A stretch of 64,000 nt of DNA, from assembly GCF_006345805.1 (NCBI RefSeq), contig NC_043003.1:17360001-17424000 (forward strand). Reading direction: 5' to 3'. Both the position numbers and the translations under genes were made by a program. Every line of letters begins with the position of its first letter. Within the stretch, counting starts at the first letter, position 1. The notes under the pieces were generated by a model. It was not told the DNA's origin. It did not search any database and saw only the letters and a program-made list of their open reading frames with translations. The DNA comes from Octopus sinensis (lineage: Eukaryota). Positions 1-54,118 of this stretch are shown in pieces.

Positions 1-40
1 TATTATTATTATTGTTATTATTATTATTATTATTATTATT

Positions 41-250
41 AAGGCGGCAAGCTAGCAGAATCATTGCATGTTGAGCAAAATGCTTAATGGTATTTTGTCT
101 GCCACTACGTTCTGAGTTCAAATTTCGCCAAGGTTGACTTTGCCTTTCATCCTTTTGGGGTAAATAAATTAAGTACCAATCTAGGGTCAATGTGATTGAT
201 TTACCCCCTCTCCCAAAATTTCAGGCCTTGTGCCTACAGTAGAAACAATT
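41..250 (+). mobile_element. SINE-like family A (tRNA-like head AAGGCGGCGAGCTGGCAGAA, GTTCAAATT B-box), variant 3' end
   Basis: Similar to about ten other copies in the window. Confidence 0.75.
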
Positions 251-274
251 ATTATTACTATTCTTCTGAGGAGA

Positions 275-485
275 TGGACCAGCAGAAGTTTTTGAGCATC
301 AGGAAAAAAAATACCTTGTGGTAGTTGTTCTGGTTCTTTATGTTTTGAGTTCAAATTCCATCAAAGTTCATTTTGTCTTTCACCCCTCTGAAGTTGATAA
401 AATAAAGTATCAGTCAAGTAAAGGGGCTGGTGTAATTAATTAACTCCCTTTTCCTTGAAAATTGCTGGCCTTGTGCCTAAATTAG
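275..485 (+). mobile_element. SINE-like family A, degenerate
   Basis: gagttcaaattcc...tttcaccc...ccttgtgcc similarity to other copies. Confidence 0.6.
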
Positions 486-589
486 AAATATCACTTATAG
501 TTTCAGTTAATTAAAAATTTTTTTCTACCTCAAATCTCTCAAACTATTAAGAATATTTGCTGATCTCCTCTCTAAAATTTTTATTTTAG

Positions 590-41874
<41,285 letters not shown>

Positions 41875-42543
41875 GTAGGTGACACATTCAGTATTTGGAA
41901 AGGCAATATAACACATCGAAATATGTTTTTAGATACGACTCTTATTATACTTATATATATTTATGTGAATTAATTATTATATGATAGTGATATTTTTCAG
42001 TGGGATCAAGTTTTATTTTGAATTTTAGAAAAATTCGAAATGGATGTGAAGAAATAAAAAGAAATAAAATAATCATTCAATACATTTGAACCATTAAGCA
42101 TATTTAACTTTCATGACAGTTCCATAAACAGCGTGAAATAATAGCAGTAGGATATAATATCCTATTCAAATATCATAATGCATACTAACTATTTTATTTC
42201 GTATATATTTAGTATGGATGCTTTCATTATGTACTTGGCATGTTCATTGTTTAATAATGAAAAAATAAATTATCATGTCATGTCTCATAATTAGACAATT
42301 AAATTTGGCCTCAGGTAGTGAAGGTCTCTGAGCTAAAAATCTCAAATTATTTTCTTAAAAAAATTTACATTATTATAAATGATTAATAATTGTAAATTAG
42401 GATCAAGAACTCTAGGGTAGCAGTTGGGTCTAAAAAGAAATGTCCATGACATTTTAATTCCCATTTGAAGTCACCCTACTTCAGCTTTGTTATTAATACC
42501 TTGGAAAATAAATTAATGTATTACTCCCTATCCCTAGTGTTAA

Positions 42544-42763
42544 CCCTTTCATTACCAACCCAGCTGAAACGGGCTCTGGCTTTGAGTACAAATGTCTTGT
42601 TTTCATAAGTTTTGAATTAAAATCTTCCACCAAGCCTTAGTCACAAATTATGTTCCTAAGACTAGCTGAATGATAACTAAGTCATTTTACTAAATTGTTT
42701 GTTATATTTAAAGTAATTGAAAGAAACACAGAGCATCTCAAAATAAATACAGTAACGAAGGGG
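42544..42763. mobile_element. piggyBac-like MITE with TTAA TSD
   Basis: TTAA|CCCTTTCATTAC ... GTAACGAAGGGG|TTAA. Confidence 0.85.
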
Positions 42764-43351
42764 TTAAACTTCATAAACCACATGCCTATATACAAATAAT
42801 TATGTTTTTATATTTGTTAATACAAGCTATGCTGATGATCTAAATACTATTTCTTTTGAAATGTTGGGTGAATATAAGTGTAGCTGTATAAATAAAGTTA
42901 GAGAATGAAAGAAGGTTCACATAGATAACTGCAATGCAAACTGAGAGCATAAATGTTTAAATCAAAAGCTGAAAAAGTTGGCAGTTCATGTTATGTCAAT
43001 AATAGTGTTCTGTGTACATGTAGCTAAAATATAACTCTCAATAGCTGAGTCCATCTGCCTTATAGTGTACTGCATAATCAGCAGCTACACTATAAAATTA
43101 ACAATCATTTGTCAAGGTCAGTTTGTTCCCTACTTAGCACTGATCAGAGAGAGTGATAATCATGCTATTTATACTACTACTACAAAAAAAAGTGTCAAAT
43201 TACTAAAATTGTAATTCTATGTTATAAGTAGCAGGTATAGTTGTGTATGTTTGTTTTGACTAATATACATATATTGATGAAAACAGCCTTCCACATTAGG
43301 TGAGGTTTATGATATTTGATGATACTATAATATCTCTGTATATACTACTGT

Positions 43352-43687
43352 GAAGGCGCATGGCTCAGTGGTTAGAGCATCGAGCTTATGATCGTGAAGT
43401 TGTGAGTTTGAATCCCAGACTGGGCTGTGTGTTGTGTTCTTGAGCAAGACACTTTATTTCATGTTGCTCCAGTTCACTCAGCTGTAGAAATGAGTTGCAG
43501 TGTCACAGGTGCCAAGCTCTATCGGTCTTTGGCCTTTCCCTTGGATAACATTGGTGGCATGGAGTGGAGAAGGTGGTATGTATGGGTGACTTTTGGTCTT
43601 CCATAAACAACTTTGCCCGGGCTTGTGCCTGGGAGGGTAACTTTCTAGGTGCAATCCCATGGTCAGTCATGACAAAAGGGGGTCTCA
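43352..43687 (+). mobile_element. tRNA-derived SINE family E, full length
   Basis: gaaggcgcatggctcagtggttagagc A-box, gagtttgaatccc B-box. Confidence 0.8.
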
Positions 43688-44999
43688 ATATACTACTAAG
43701 GAGTCTAATTTGGTTAACCAGGCCAATACCTAAGCTCTTATAGATCAACATTCTACCAAAGAATAAATTTATTTTTTATCTATTTAATGTCTCAGGAACT
43801 AAAACTGGACAACAGTGTAATCAATCACAGAGATCTATGAAAATACAACTCTGATACAGATATATATATTAAAAAAAACTGACTAAATTAAAATAACACA
43901 CTAATAAATTGAGCCTGGATAGACTTAGCAGAAGAGTTTTATTAAAGCAATTCCGTTTTATATTAATTTGTTTCAACATATTATATAAATATCTAACCAT
44001 TGATGAGGGTATATAATGAAAAATAAATATTTGGTTAATATAGGAACTAATGAGGAACTATTCAAAATTTTAATGAGAAATTCACTACCTGAAAGCCAAA
44101 ATACTTCATAAAAACATTTTCATTGTCATCCACATGCAACTAATGTTATTAGCTTGTTTCATTCACTCAAAAATGTTCATCAGTTATTCAGTGTGTTGCA
44201 TGCTGATGACAGACCAAAACATACATAAAATCAATGGAGGACATATGAACATCAGAGTTAACATAATATGATACACAATTTAAGAGTTTGACTTTTCTTT
44301 ATAAATAGGAAATGTAATTTTTATACAATGGACTTGTATTTTATTAACTTTATTTATTTCATTTAGATGAAAATATATGACTGTTTTAAACATTACTGGT
44401 ATGTTTCTGTTTCATATATAAAGTGATTAATGGATTTATATAATGTATTGATGTACAAGCATAAGAGGAGGATATAAAGAGAAGATAGTTGGTAATATAG
44501 AAGTAGTTAATATTTCCTTGTATATATAAAATTGATAGAGAAACTGTTCTAAAATGTATACATTATATATCTAATATGCAATATAGTATATATATATTTC
44601 TTTTAATTTAGAGCCTTCGTTTTATCCATTAAAAGAATTACTTAATTTTATTTCCTAAATTTCTTAGAAGTGACAATTTGTAATCTAAAAAAAATTGCGA
44701 ATTTTTCTTGTTATTATCAGAAACAATGACAAAAATATATGACAGTGAAGGCAATTTCAAACCTCACTGGGTATTCTAAGAAATGAATCTTATTCTGCAG
44801 ATTCTCATATAAAATATATATATTGTAGATTCTAAGATAGATAGCTTATCCAGTATATGGTATTTCTATTTTGTTGTATTTCCCTTTTCCCCCAAAATTT
44901 TATTATTTATAACTGGGGGTTAATCAAGAATCCTAGAAAAACAATAAGATTCCCAAAGATAAACAACTCAGAATTTACTAGGGTTTCATCCATGACTGG

Positions 45000-46100
45000 G
45001 GCCTTTCTGTTTCAATTTCCTCATTAATTGTTGTATGGTTAAGATAGGTGTTGTTAATATTGGATTTTAAATATTATATCTTAGTTGTAGAAAAGCTACA
45101 TCTCTGGGAAAGAATTTGGCTCTTTAATGCAAGTTCTGGACAGCAAGTTAGCTGTTGAAAATATGCATCTTTGAATAAAAAAAAAGAAAATTGGCTCCTT
45201 AGTGCAGGGTGTAGAAAAAACACATTGGGTATGCCAGAAGGGAATGAAGAAAGTTCATCACATGGGTTAAGGTGGAGGTGATATAATGAAAAAATAGAAA
45301 GACCCCTTGCACTTGTAAAAAGAAATGGGGAACAGGAATTTAATTTTATGCGTTAGGTGTTGATGAATAACACATACTTAAAGGTGGTGAAATTTTCTTG
45401 AATGAATTCTAAATGTGTGGCAAATGTATGGGATGCGTTGTCTCATGTGTGTGAGTGTGTGGGAGGCAGAGAAGGAAGCATTGTCATGTTTGAGCAGTAT
45501 TAAATACTAGCAGTTGGTCAGGGATCAAATATTGGTCTAAAGGAAGAAAACGAATTTTTGTGGTAGTCTTTGCAATGTAGAATATCCTTGATAGATTTTT
45601 CAGGATTTATTAAGTCAAAATTGAGTTTGGATATTTGAATCAATAGTGTTAAATGCTTGTTTACGATATATCACAAATGTATTTTAGTGTTTTTAAATGG
45701 TTCTAAGGTGTCAAGTCCCTGCAATTGAATATTTTCATGATTTCTTTTCATGGTGAGTATGCATGCTTGAATAATTGCTGATAACTGAGAAAGTAAGGTG
45801 ATTGATAGTGGAAACATATGATCTTAATGACATATATTTCCACCAGAGTAGTTAAAAGTCTTTGCTGTAGATGTCCAAGTTCAATATACAGGTGAAAAGG
45901 GAAGGGAATAGGATCCACACATATACAAACTTTGCAAACTTAGTGGAAAAGTTCAAGTAGAAATTAGCTTTTGAATAGAAAGTATTTACTGAAATACTCT
46001 TAAAGAATAGGCAAAGATAAGATTTTTTAAAAAAATGTTCTATATATATTCTAAAAGAGATTGTGTTGGGTGATTCTTGATAAAGTAAAGTCATGTGATA
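45000..46100 (-). mobile_element. Highly degenerate retroelement-like remnant
   Basis: Compositional shift; minus-strand fragments such as ILFPSLFTC and HLPHI.NSFKKIS loosely resemble RT/Penelope motifs. Confidence 0.3.
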
Positions 46101-47058
46101 TACTTAAATACACAACACTGTATATATAGTACAATTCTTTTCTATGAATAGAATTGTGGTACTAAATATTCTGAAACGCTTTCAGAATTTTCCACTATTA
46201 GTTTAGGAAAATAATTATTTTGAACTTAATCAGATTATTTATATTCTTTATGGCATTTGACACACCAAAATTGACTTTGAATTTGTAAGTGTTTATCAAA
46301 AACGTTAGATGATGTATTGATAGTGTATTTAACAATAAAATCACCTACATTAATTATGCTGATATGATCTTAAGGTTCTCCTTTGATTGTATTATAGAAA
46401 TTATTCTATATATCTATATATATATAAATATTGTTAAAAAATAAAAATGTATTAAAGAATTTAAAATTTTAATAATGAGGCAGAGAATTAAATTTTCCAA
46501 TATTTTTCTATGCATATTCTTTTAAATAATTTGAAACAAATTAGCTTAGAATTTACATGTTACAATAAGGAATATTTAGCATAATTGACAAAATAACAGA
46601 TGAGCAGCCTTATGAATTTAATAAACTCTTTGTTTTAGAAAACAGAAGGAAAAGTAAAATGACAACCAATAAAAATTTTAGGAAGCTCATACAAGTAAAT
46701 ATAGGAAAATAAATAAAATTATTTGCAGTTAGTTAATAATATACTCGATAAAAGTACATTAATTTTTTTTTTTCAAAGATGAATGTATTAACAGTCATAG
46801 TCTTCATTTGTAGTCTGTAAATAATGCAAACCTTACTCCTAAATTTTTTCAAGGAAGAAATGGGCTTAAATCATGTAACTATTTTGTTACAGTTGACATA
46901 TAGAGTGACCACTACAACTATAATTAATTATTCAATTATTGGTTTCCCATTATATCTTATTTAGTTATCATACATTTCAAAACTATCTACTAATCTAATA
47001 ATTTTTACATATTAGAATTATGAACTTATTATGATGACCAATTTATTATAAATCTGAG

Positions 47059-47093
<35 letters not shown>

Positions 47094-47169
47094 AGTATGT
47101 ATGTATCGTTTGGCAAAAACTTGAAGCCCTAGTCCATTGAATATTCACAATATATATATTTACATATAC

Positions 47170-47200
<31 letters not shown>

Positions 47201-48559
47201 TATATACTTACATATAATATTCACTGTTTTATTCAAATCTTAGTGGGTTAACTAAACATGTAAATAATTATCCATAAAATAATTCTAATTTCAAATGATT
47301 AAATAATATTGAGAGATATCCTTCATGGCTCACTCTTTAAAGATTACTTTATTAAATTAGTGAATTAGAGTAGATATATTTCCTGCAGGCAAGTTCTTGA
47401 TGTAGGTTTGAGTGATATATGTTAATCTTATTTCACTTATATCCCTGTTACTCTCGAGGAAAGACATAACATAATTTCATTTATCTTCTGCTGTAAATCT
47501 TTCTACGAATAAGGCACATTTTCCATATCAGCTGAGCTTAGAGGATGTCAGAAATCGATGTACGTTTTTATATTTGGATTTACCCTTTAACAGTTACATA
47601 AATATGAATAATAGTATACTATGAAGTGGAACTGAATTAAACTAATCACTAAATTTAAAGTTTATAGAACATCCTTTTACAAGAGTTTAAGGATGTTTTA
47701 ATTGTCATTTTAAATTTATGGAAAAATTATCTAAAAGTTGGATTTAATAATTTTGGAAAAAGAATCACAAAAAGTCAATGACATGAAAATAGAAAATTAC
47801 TATTTTTAAATCTCACAAAAAGAGATATTTAGCTACAGTATTTTGGAGTAAAGATTGTTTGTCGACATAACATGGCAGTCTTGGTTTAGGACATGAAAAT
47901 ACTTGCAATCTCTTTTATTAGACAGTCGTTTCCAGTGAACAATAAACAGCAAAATAAATCTTGATAAGAAAAAATAAAGCAATAGATACTCTTTCAGAAT
48001 ATTATTAAAACACAGGAAAGAAACTGGCAGCAAAAGAAAGAATTCAAGCTAAATGTAATATTAATGAAAGAAAAACTAATACACACCACATAGTACAACT
48101 GGTATTTATGCAGTCTACAATGTAATTTTAGCAAAAAGGCAAAGTTTATAAAACCATCTGAAAGAACCAAAGTAGTTGGATTGTCTTTTCCTTTTTCTTC
48201 ATCTCTTTTTCTTCTTACTGTTATAATTTCATCATCACCAATGTATTAATATCAAATTATTTAAGAAGGCATAAATTGAGTCTACAGAATCTACAAAATA
48301 ACACAGCATATCTAAGTCTTTTTCTGTTTCCTTCTGATCTCATTACTGTACAATTTCAGATGTACCTAAATAACGAAACTTGTCTACAACCTTCAACAAT
48401 GTGTATGGCTTTTTATGATCCCGTATATTGGATTCAACTCTTGCCATGCTTGAAATTCCATTTCTTCTGTGCACACATAAATAAAGTAGTCAAATAAAGT
48501 AGTCAAATGAACTAATTAACTGGGAATCATATTTATATATTCATGTTAATGAAGCAATT

Positions 48560-48860
48560 TTTAGGTACCCCTGAGAAAGGCCTATTGCCACTTATCTCTG
48601 CCAATGACATCTCATATATAAAATACAATAATTTGAGATCTGAACTCACCATATTTTCCCATAGCTTCTTTGTCATCTTTTTACAAGCATTTTCCACTGT
48701 CGTAACATGACATTATCTCCTTCTGCGTTTATCAATTATTGCCATCACGTATCTATACCATTGCTGTCATCTCTCTTGCATATATCAGCCATCGCTCTCT
48801 CAGCCCATTTGCATCTGGCTTATCTTGTTCATGCAAGTAAAATCAGCTTATTCAGTTGAT
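48560..48860 (-). mobile_element. Degenerate RTE ORF2 3' fragment
   Basis: Minus strand QER*QQWYRYVMAI...LWENMVSSDL...GRDKW. Confidence 0.55.
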
Positions 48861-49689
48861 CGTTGAAGAGCTTTGAAGGAAATAAAATTACTACGTTTCA
48901 TTTCTGAAACATAAAACAGTAACACTTTTGAGAAATGAAGGAATGAAGTAGGTATAGCTGTGTGGTTAAGAAGTTTGCTTTGGAATCACATAATTTCAGG
49001 TTCAATCTCACGATGCAAATTCTAGGTCAAGTGTCTTCTACTATAACCCTGGGCTAACCAATGCTTTGTGACTGAATTTGGATTAATTTGTTGAAGGTGT
49101 TCAAACTATTTTAATAGGATTCAATCAAAGAAGCAAGAAAATATTCATCAGTTCTCAGTCATTTTCCACTCAAAATATAAAATTTTCATTCAGTTTCCAG
49201 CCTATTGACATAAACACACTTCACGTTATGTTTTTTATAACTGAATTAAATTCAGCTGATGCAAGTTCTTGTGCTTACTTTAGTTTTAAGACACCTGGGC
49301 AGACCATTATGCAGTCATTCAGTCTCTCATTTCAACCCATGCTTCCTCACCATTTTTCTGCTTTTATCACCATATTTCTTTCTGTGATTCCGTCTTTCTG
49401 TCTTTGATCTTTCTGGCTTATTACCAGATAAATTTAGTGCCTTTTGCAAAATTACATCACCAATGATGAGAAAATTACAATTCAAAAGCTGAAAGTTCAA
49501 TACCTTGTTTAGTATAAAAACTTAAATGTGATTAAGCTTAACTTTTCCAAACACTTTATCAAAGTAACTTTTTTAAAAATATTTACTGAGAAAAAAAGAG
49601 GTGGTGTCCATGATCTTTGAGGCTCTCCCAGATTGGTTATAAGATTACAGCTGATTTTTAGCTTGAATTAATATCTGTAAAAAAATGTA

Positions 49690-51450
49690 GTTAAGAAGAG
49701 AATTCCAGCTGAAACCAGTAGGGGGTGAGGAAGGATTGCACTGCGAGAAACTCTTAGGTGAAACACAGTAGAAATTATAAATAAGAACATGCGGTTATCT
49801 CAGATGGGCTTGATTAGGGATAGCATACAGTTTCCTAGTTCAGTGGATCAGTAACCATTTTGGTAATGATCACAGAGGCAGAGAGAGGGATGTAAGTTGT
49901 CAATCACCTGAATGATATTTTTGTAGTGGAGCCATGCCATCTAATATGTTTGTGTAGGAAGAGCAACATCCCAAATATGTAAGCAATACTATATAATTCC
50001 CACTTCAGTTATAGATCTTAATTTAGATTAATTCTGAAGCTTGAGCAAGGGTCTAGTGTTTTTGTCAATATGTGAGATTGCCATATGATCCTTAGCAAAG
50101 ATTCTGAAGCTTAGCAATTGCAGTGGCTTTGACAGCTTTAGTTCTGTGTTGAAAGGGGGAAGTACAAGTGCAACACTGTTTCTTTACTATGTTAGTAATT
50201 GTATCTTGATACTGTTGAAGTTTACTAGGTTATTTTGTCCCAACTGGAGGATGTTTTTAGGGCCAAAATTATTTTAAGGAGTAAGTATGAAGACATCTTG
50301 CTAGGGTGAGTGAAGTTGAGCACTTTATGATGCATGAGAGGAATTAGGAAATGAAAATGTGAGAACATTTTTTTGTGTGTTTCTGTGTGCAAGAGGGAAT
50401 TCAGAACAAAATGAGGAAGGTTGCTTCTTACAGGCTTTCCCAGCAACTACTCATCATCAGAAATGTAAATAACTAGTCTGCTGTTTGTATGGCTTGGCGG
50501 ATAGGAGAGTTTGGAAACATTATCAGGAATAGGAGGTTTGGAAACATTATCAGGAATAGGAGGGTTTGGAAAATTTATCAGGGATTCCTTTGACAATCAC
50601 CACAGGGTTGCAATTTAGGGGGCAAGAGAGCTTGCATGCTGTGCAAAGCATAGATGCATATTTTCCTTTTCTTTGGGAATGTGAGTGTTAAATGTCTCAG
50701 TCGGGGTATATTTACGAGTATAGTATCAATCACCTGATTAGCAGTCCCAGAAGAATTAGGGGAGAGCACATTTTTTTAGTTATGGATAGACAGCATAGAA
50801 TTTGAGGAGTTCTATTCAGTTAGAAGGAGAGATGAACTTAGAGGAATAGGTAAAAGTGACTTTTAGCCAAAATAAATGAATTTAGGTTTCGTGAGTGGGA
50901 TGAGTGTTACAGAGAATAGATTCTACACAAGCAAAGAACCCACTTTTTTGAAAAATGCTTGAAATAGATAAAGCAAACTTGGCAGCATAAATGGATTAGA
51001 GGCAGAGGATGAGACTATATTTCAAACAAGAATTGTAATTTACATATAGGAGTTAGAAAGTTATGAGGGATTAAACTGTGGTCCATGATATAATCTATTG
51101 TTATTTTTAAACTTTAAAATAATTCTAAGTTTAAATGATTGTTTGATAGAGAAGATGAAGATGGTAACTAGTTTCAGGAATTATCACTAAAAATCCAGAC
51201 GCAGTTAAATAGGCTGTGTGAGTGCCTCAAAATGTTGTTGAAAGTCACAAAGTGAGATAACAAGATACAGGGTTAATACCAGATAGTAGGGCATTACTGA
51301 ATTATTACGAGGATTTTGGGCCCTTGTACTTCCTGAACTCCAACAGTAGGACTTGAGAACTTTTTCTAACAATCAGTGGCATTACCCTGTAGGAAATGTA
51401 ACTGGAAGCCATGATGAGTTATTATCCTTAAATACATACAAGAACAAACT
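49690..51450 (-). mobile_element. Degenerate L2/CR1-like LINE remnant, includes a 3x ~22-bp tandem repeat at 50505-50583
   Basis: G-rich plus strand in AT-rich background; no intact motif. Confidence 0.3.
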
Positions 51451-52543
51451 TCAGTTAAGGCATTTAGGAGCCAAGTATCAGTGTCAAATTAAATAGTATG
51501 TTAGGCGCTATCCATGAAAAAAAAAACACAATTTATCTTGAATAAATAAATCTTATATATACATAAGCTTGTTGGAAATCTAATTAACTACACAAAGTAA
51601 TTATAGTGTCTAATTCAAGTGACATAGATCAATTATTTTTAGTTTTTTTTTATTAGTGAGCTCAATCATATTGTCAATGCATTAAGATCACAGCTAAATG
51701 AATGCTAAATAAACATTTTATTGAAAATAAAAGGAAAATAGAAAAATATAGAATTAGACTAAATAAATCAGACATTTATAACATTAAAAGTCTCCATATA
51801 TTTTAGTTTATATATAATTAGTGCTTAATATCAGTTTTTAAGTTTGTGAGAAGAATTAAAAACTAATTGTTTTTAAGATGGTTTAAAATGTTGGTTTTGC
51901 AAAGATAGATGAAATGGTTTTGCTATAGAAACATATTTTACTGTTTGGAATCCCACTGATTTATGAATAGCAGTTGAATACCTAAGCAACTGAGAATTAT
52001 ATTCTCTGCAAAAGGAAAACAAAATTACAGTCTACTCAACACTAATTTGCTTATAAACAGTAGACTTGAAACCCATTGTAGAGTGCAACCCTTGCATTAT
52101 CAGCTTCAATACTACATACAAGTTGTAGTGCACCTGAGCTCTGCAGACAATAAGCTCATTATTATTTTTTTTTTCAACTGTACATAAAAGTTACATTCTC
52201 AAATGAAATAACATTTCTTAATGTTATGATAGAGCCTATGTTATGTCTGAGATATTAAAACTTGGGGAACTCTGAAAAATATTGAAATATAAATATTTAC
52301 AACTTTCATGATCAGTTGAAGCATTTGACAGTATCTAATCATTTGTATTAATTCCCTTCCTTTTTAAACAGAAGTATATTTTAAAACATTAGTTAATGGA
52401 CTAATATATGGTTATGGGGAAGTACCTCAGGGAAAATTTTGTATACAAAGTATAAATGTAATAAGGATTAACATAGATAATATAGTGAGATGAAAACTTT
52501 GATTAACTGAGAATATTCCTGCAGTCAATATACAAAAAAGTTG

Positions 52544-52760
52544 AAGATGGCAAGCTGGCAGAAACGTTAGCATGCCAGGTGAAATGCTTAGTGGTATTTT
52601 GTCTGTCTTTACGTTCTGGGTTCAAATTCCACCGAGGTCAACTTTGTCTTTCATCCTTTTGGGTTCGATAAATTAAGTACCAGTTGCATACTGGTGTTGA
52701 GCTAATGGACTGGTCCCCTCCCCCAAAATTTTGGGCCTTGTGCCTAGAGTAGAAAAGAAT
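52544..52760 (+). mobile_element. SINE-like family A variant
   Basis: Matches 41-250. Confidence 0.75.
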
Positions 52761-54079
52761 ATGCAAAAACTTCCCCTAGTAGTGTTTAAAAAATCTAAAA
52801 ATCAACAAACAAGGGAGTTAACTTCAATAAAACCAACTAACTAATATTTAAAAAAATATAGACAATGCAGGTGTGAATGCATTTTGTTTTTTATAAACCT
52901 AAAAGGTGAAAGAAAAGAAGCCTATTAAGTCTCAGTGAAGCAGATACATCTAATTACCCACCCCACTTCTGTATGTGTGTGTTTGTGTGATAAGTAGTAA
53001 TGCATAAATTTTATAATTTTATAAAGTTCATAATTTAATTATGAGCTTTGTGTGAAATTTATGCTTTTCACTTTAAATTCTAAATATGCTGGTCTCAGCA
53101 ATTATTCAGTCCAATTTTGTATATACATGCAAATTTGTTCAACCAAGGAATTACTGCATTGTAATAATATATAGCGATTTTAATGCTGGATTGTGAGTTG
53201 AGCACTAAATTACCATGGATATATTTTTTGATATTTATACATCAATTATATATATATATAGATATTGTGATGAGTGTTAGTTTTGTCAACAGCATAGAAT
53301 ATGGAGATCTAATAAAACTGAAACATGTCCATTGTTTTCACCAGTTGACTTTAAAGATATGATCCACTTCCATAGTCATCTTCTATATTTTCTACAAATT
53401 TCACTTATTTAATTTTGTTGGAGTTATTTCTCTTGTTTGTTGTTTTTAGACTTAAAACACTCATAGAGGGAGATTTTGTCTACTGACTGCATTAATTAAT
53501 CTCAAGTGACTGAAATTTTTCATCCTACTATATTTCTATAACTGATATATTCGTTTAGTAAGATAGTTTTTTCTATATATTTTTATACGTTGATTAATGA
53601 AATTATTTGCAGACAAGGAGACTAGTTTAATTAATTTTTAGGTTTAAGATATTGTAACATTACTTAAGATTAAATGAAAAATCTAGAATTTCATTGGTCA
53701 ACTATAATTGAATAGTAACTTTATTTAGGATATTTGTCTGTCAGCCTTCTGTAACTGAGCTCTGTATGAACCACTATAGCATGCAATGTAAAAAAATTAT
53801 CTTCTAAAGTAGAAACAAATATAGATATATTCAGATATTCTCATAAATAGAATAAAAATTACAGCCTTATAATTTTAAATGAACAGGAGTTAAATTTTAT
53901 TTTTAGTATATATCAAAATAATGTTATCAAAAGAGTTCATATTGACATTATTTTTATGAAAGGGGGAATAAGGTTTAAGTGTATGGGACATATTGTATTT
54001 GATTTTGAGGACCCAGCAACAATGTATAGGCCAGAACATTGATACTGGCATGCTATTGTTCGTTTTTCACTTTTTCCAG

Positions 54080-54118
54080 GTTTTCGAGGAGGAAGTCCAA
54101 AATACTGACCGAGGGAAG
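54080..54118 (+). CDS. Candidate alternative twitchin micro-exon (13 aa, VFEEEVQNTDRGK)
   Basis: cgtttttcactttttccag| purine-rich 39 nt AAG|gtatag; phase 0/0 matches the exon-36 donor; no stop. Confidence 0.55.

Noticed and set aside
41875-41973. Read-through of exon 36 (WLKVGDT..) mimicking WLKGDH
   Set aside because: Good AAG|gtaggt donor, and the continuation does not resemble the regulatory tail
44367-44398. 32-nt segment with good splice sites (atttag| ... TG|gtatgt)
   Set aside because: Phase 0/2 would shift the frame alone; AT-rich; no convincing partner exon
46639-46694. 56-nt segment encoding NRRKSK.. (PKA-like site)
   Set aside because: Phase 1/0 with a weak donor; needs an unidentified partner exon
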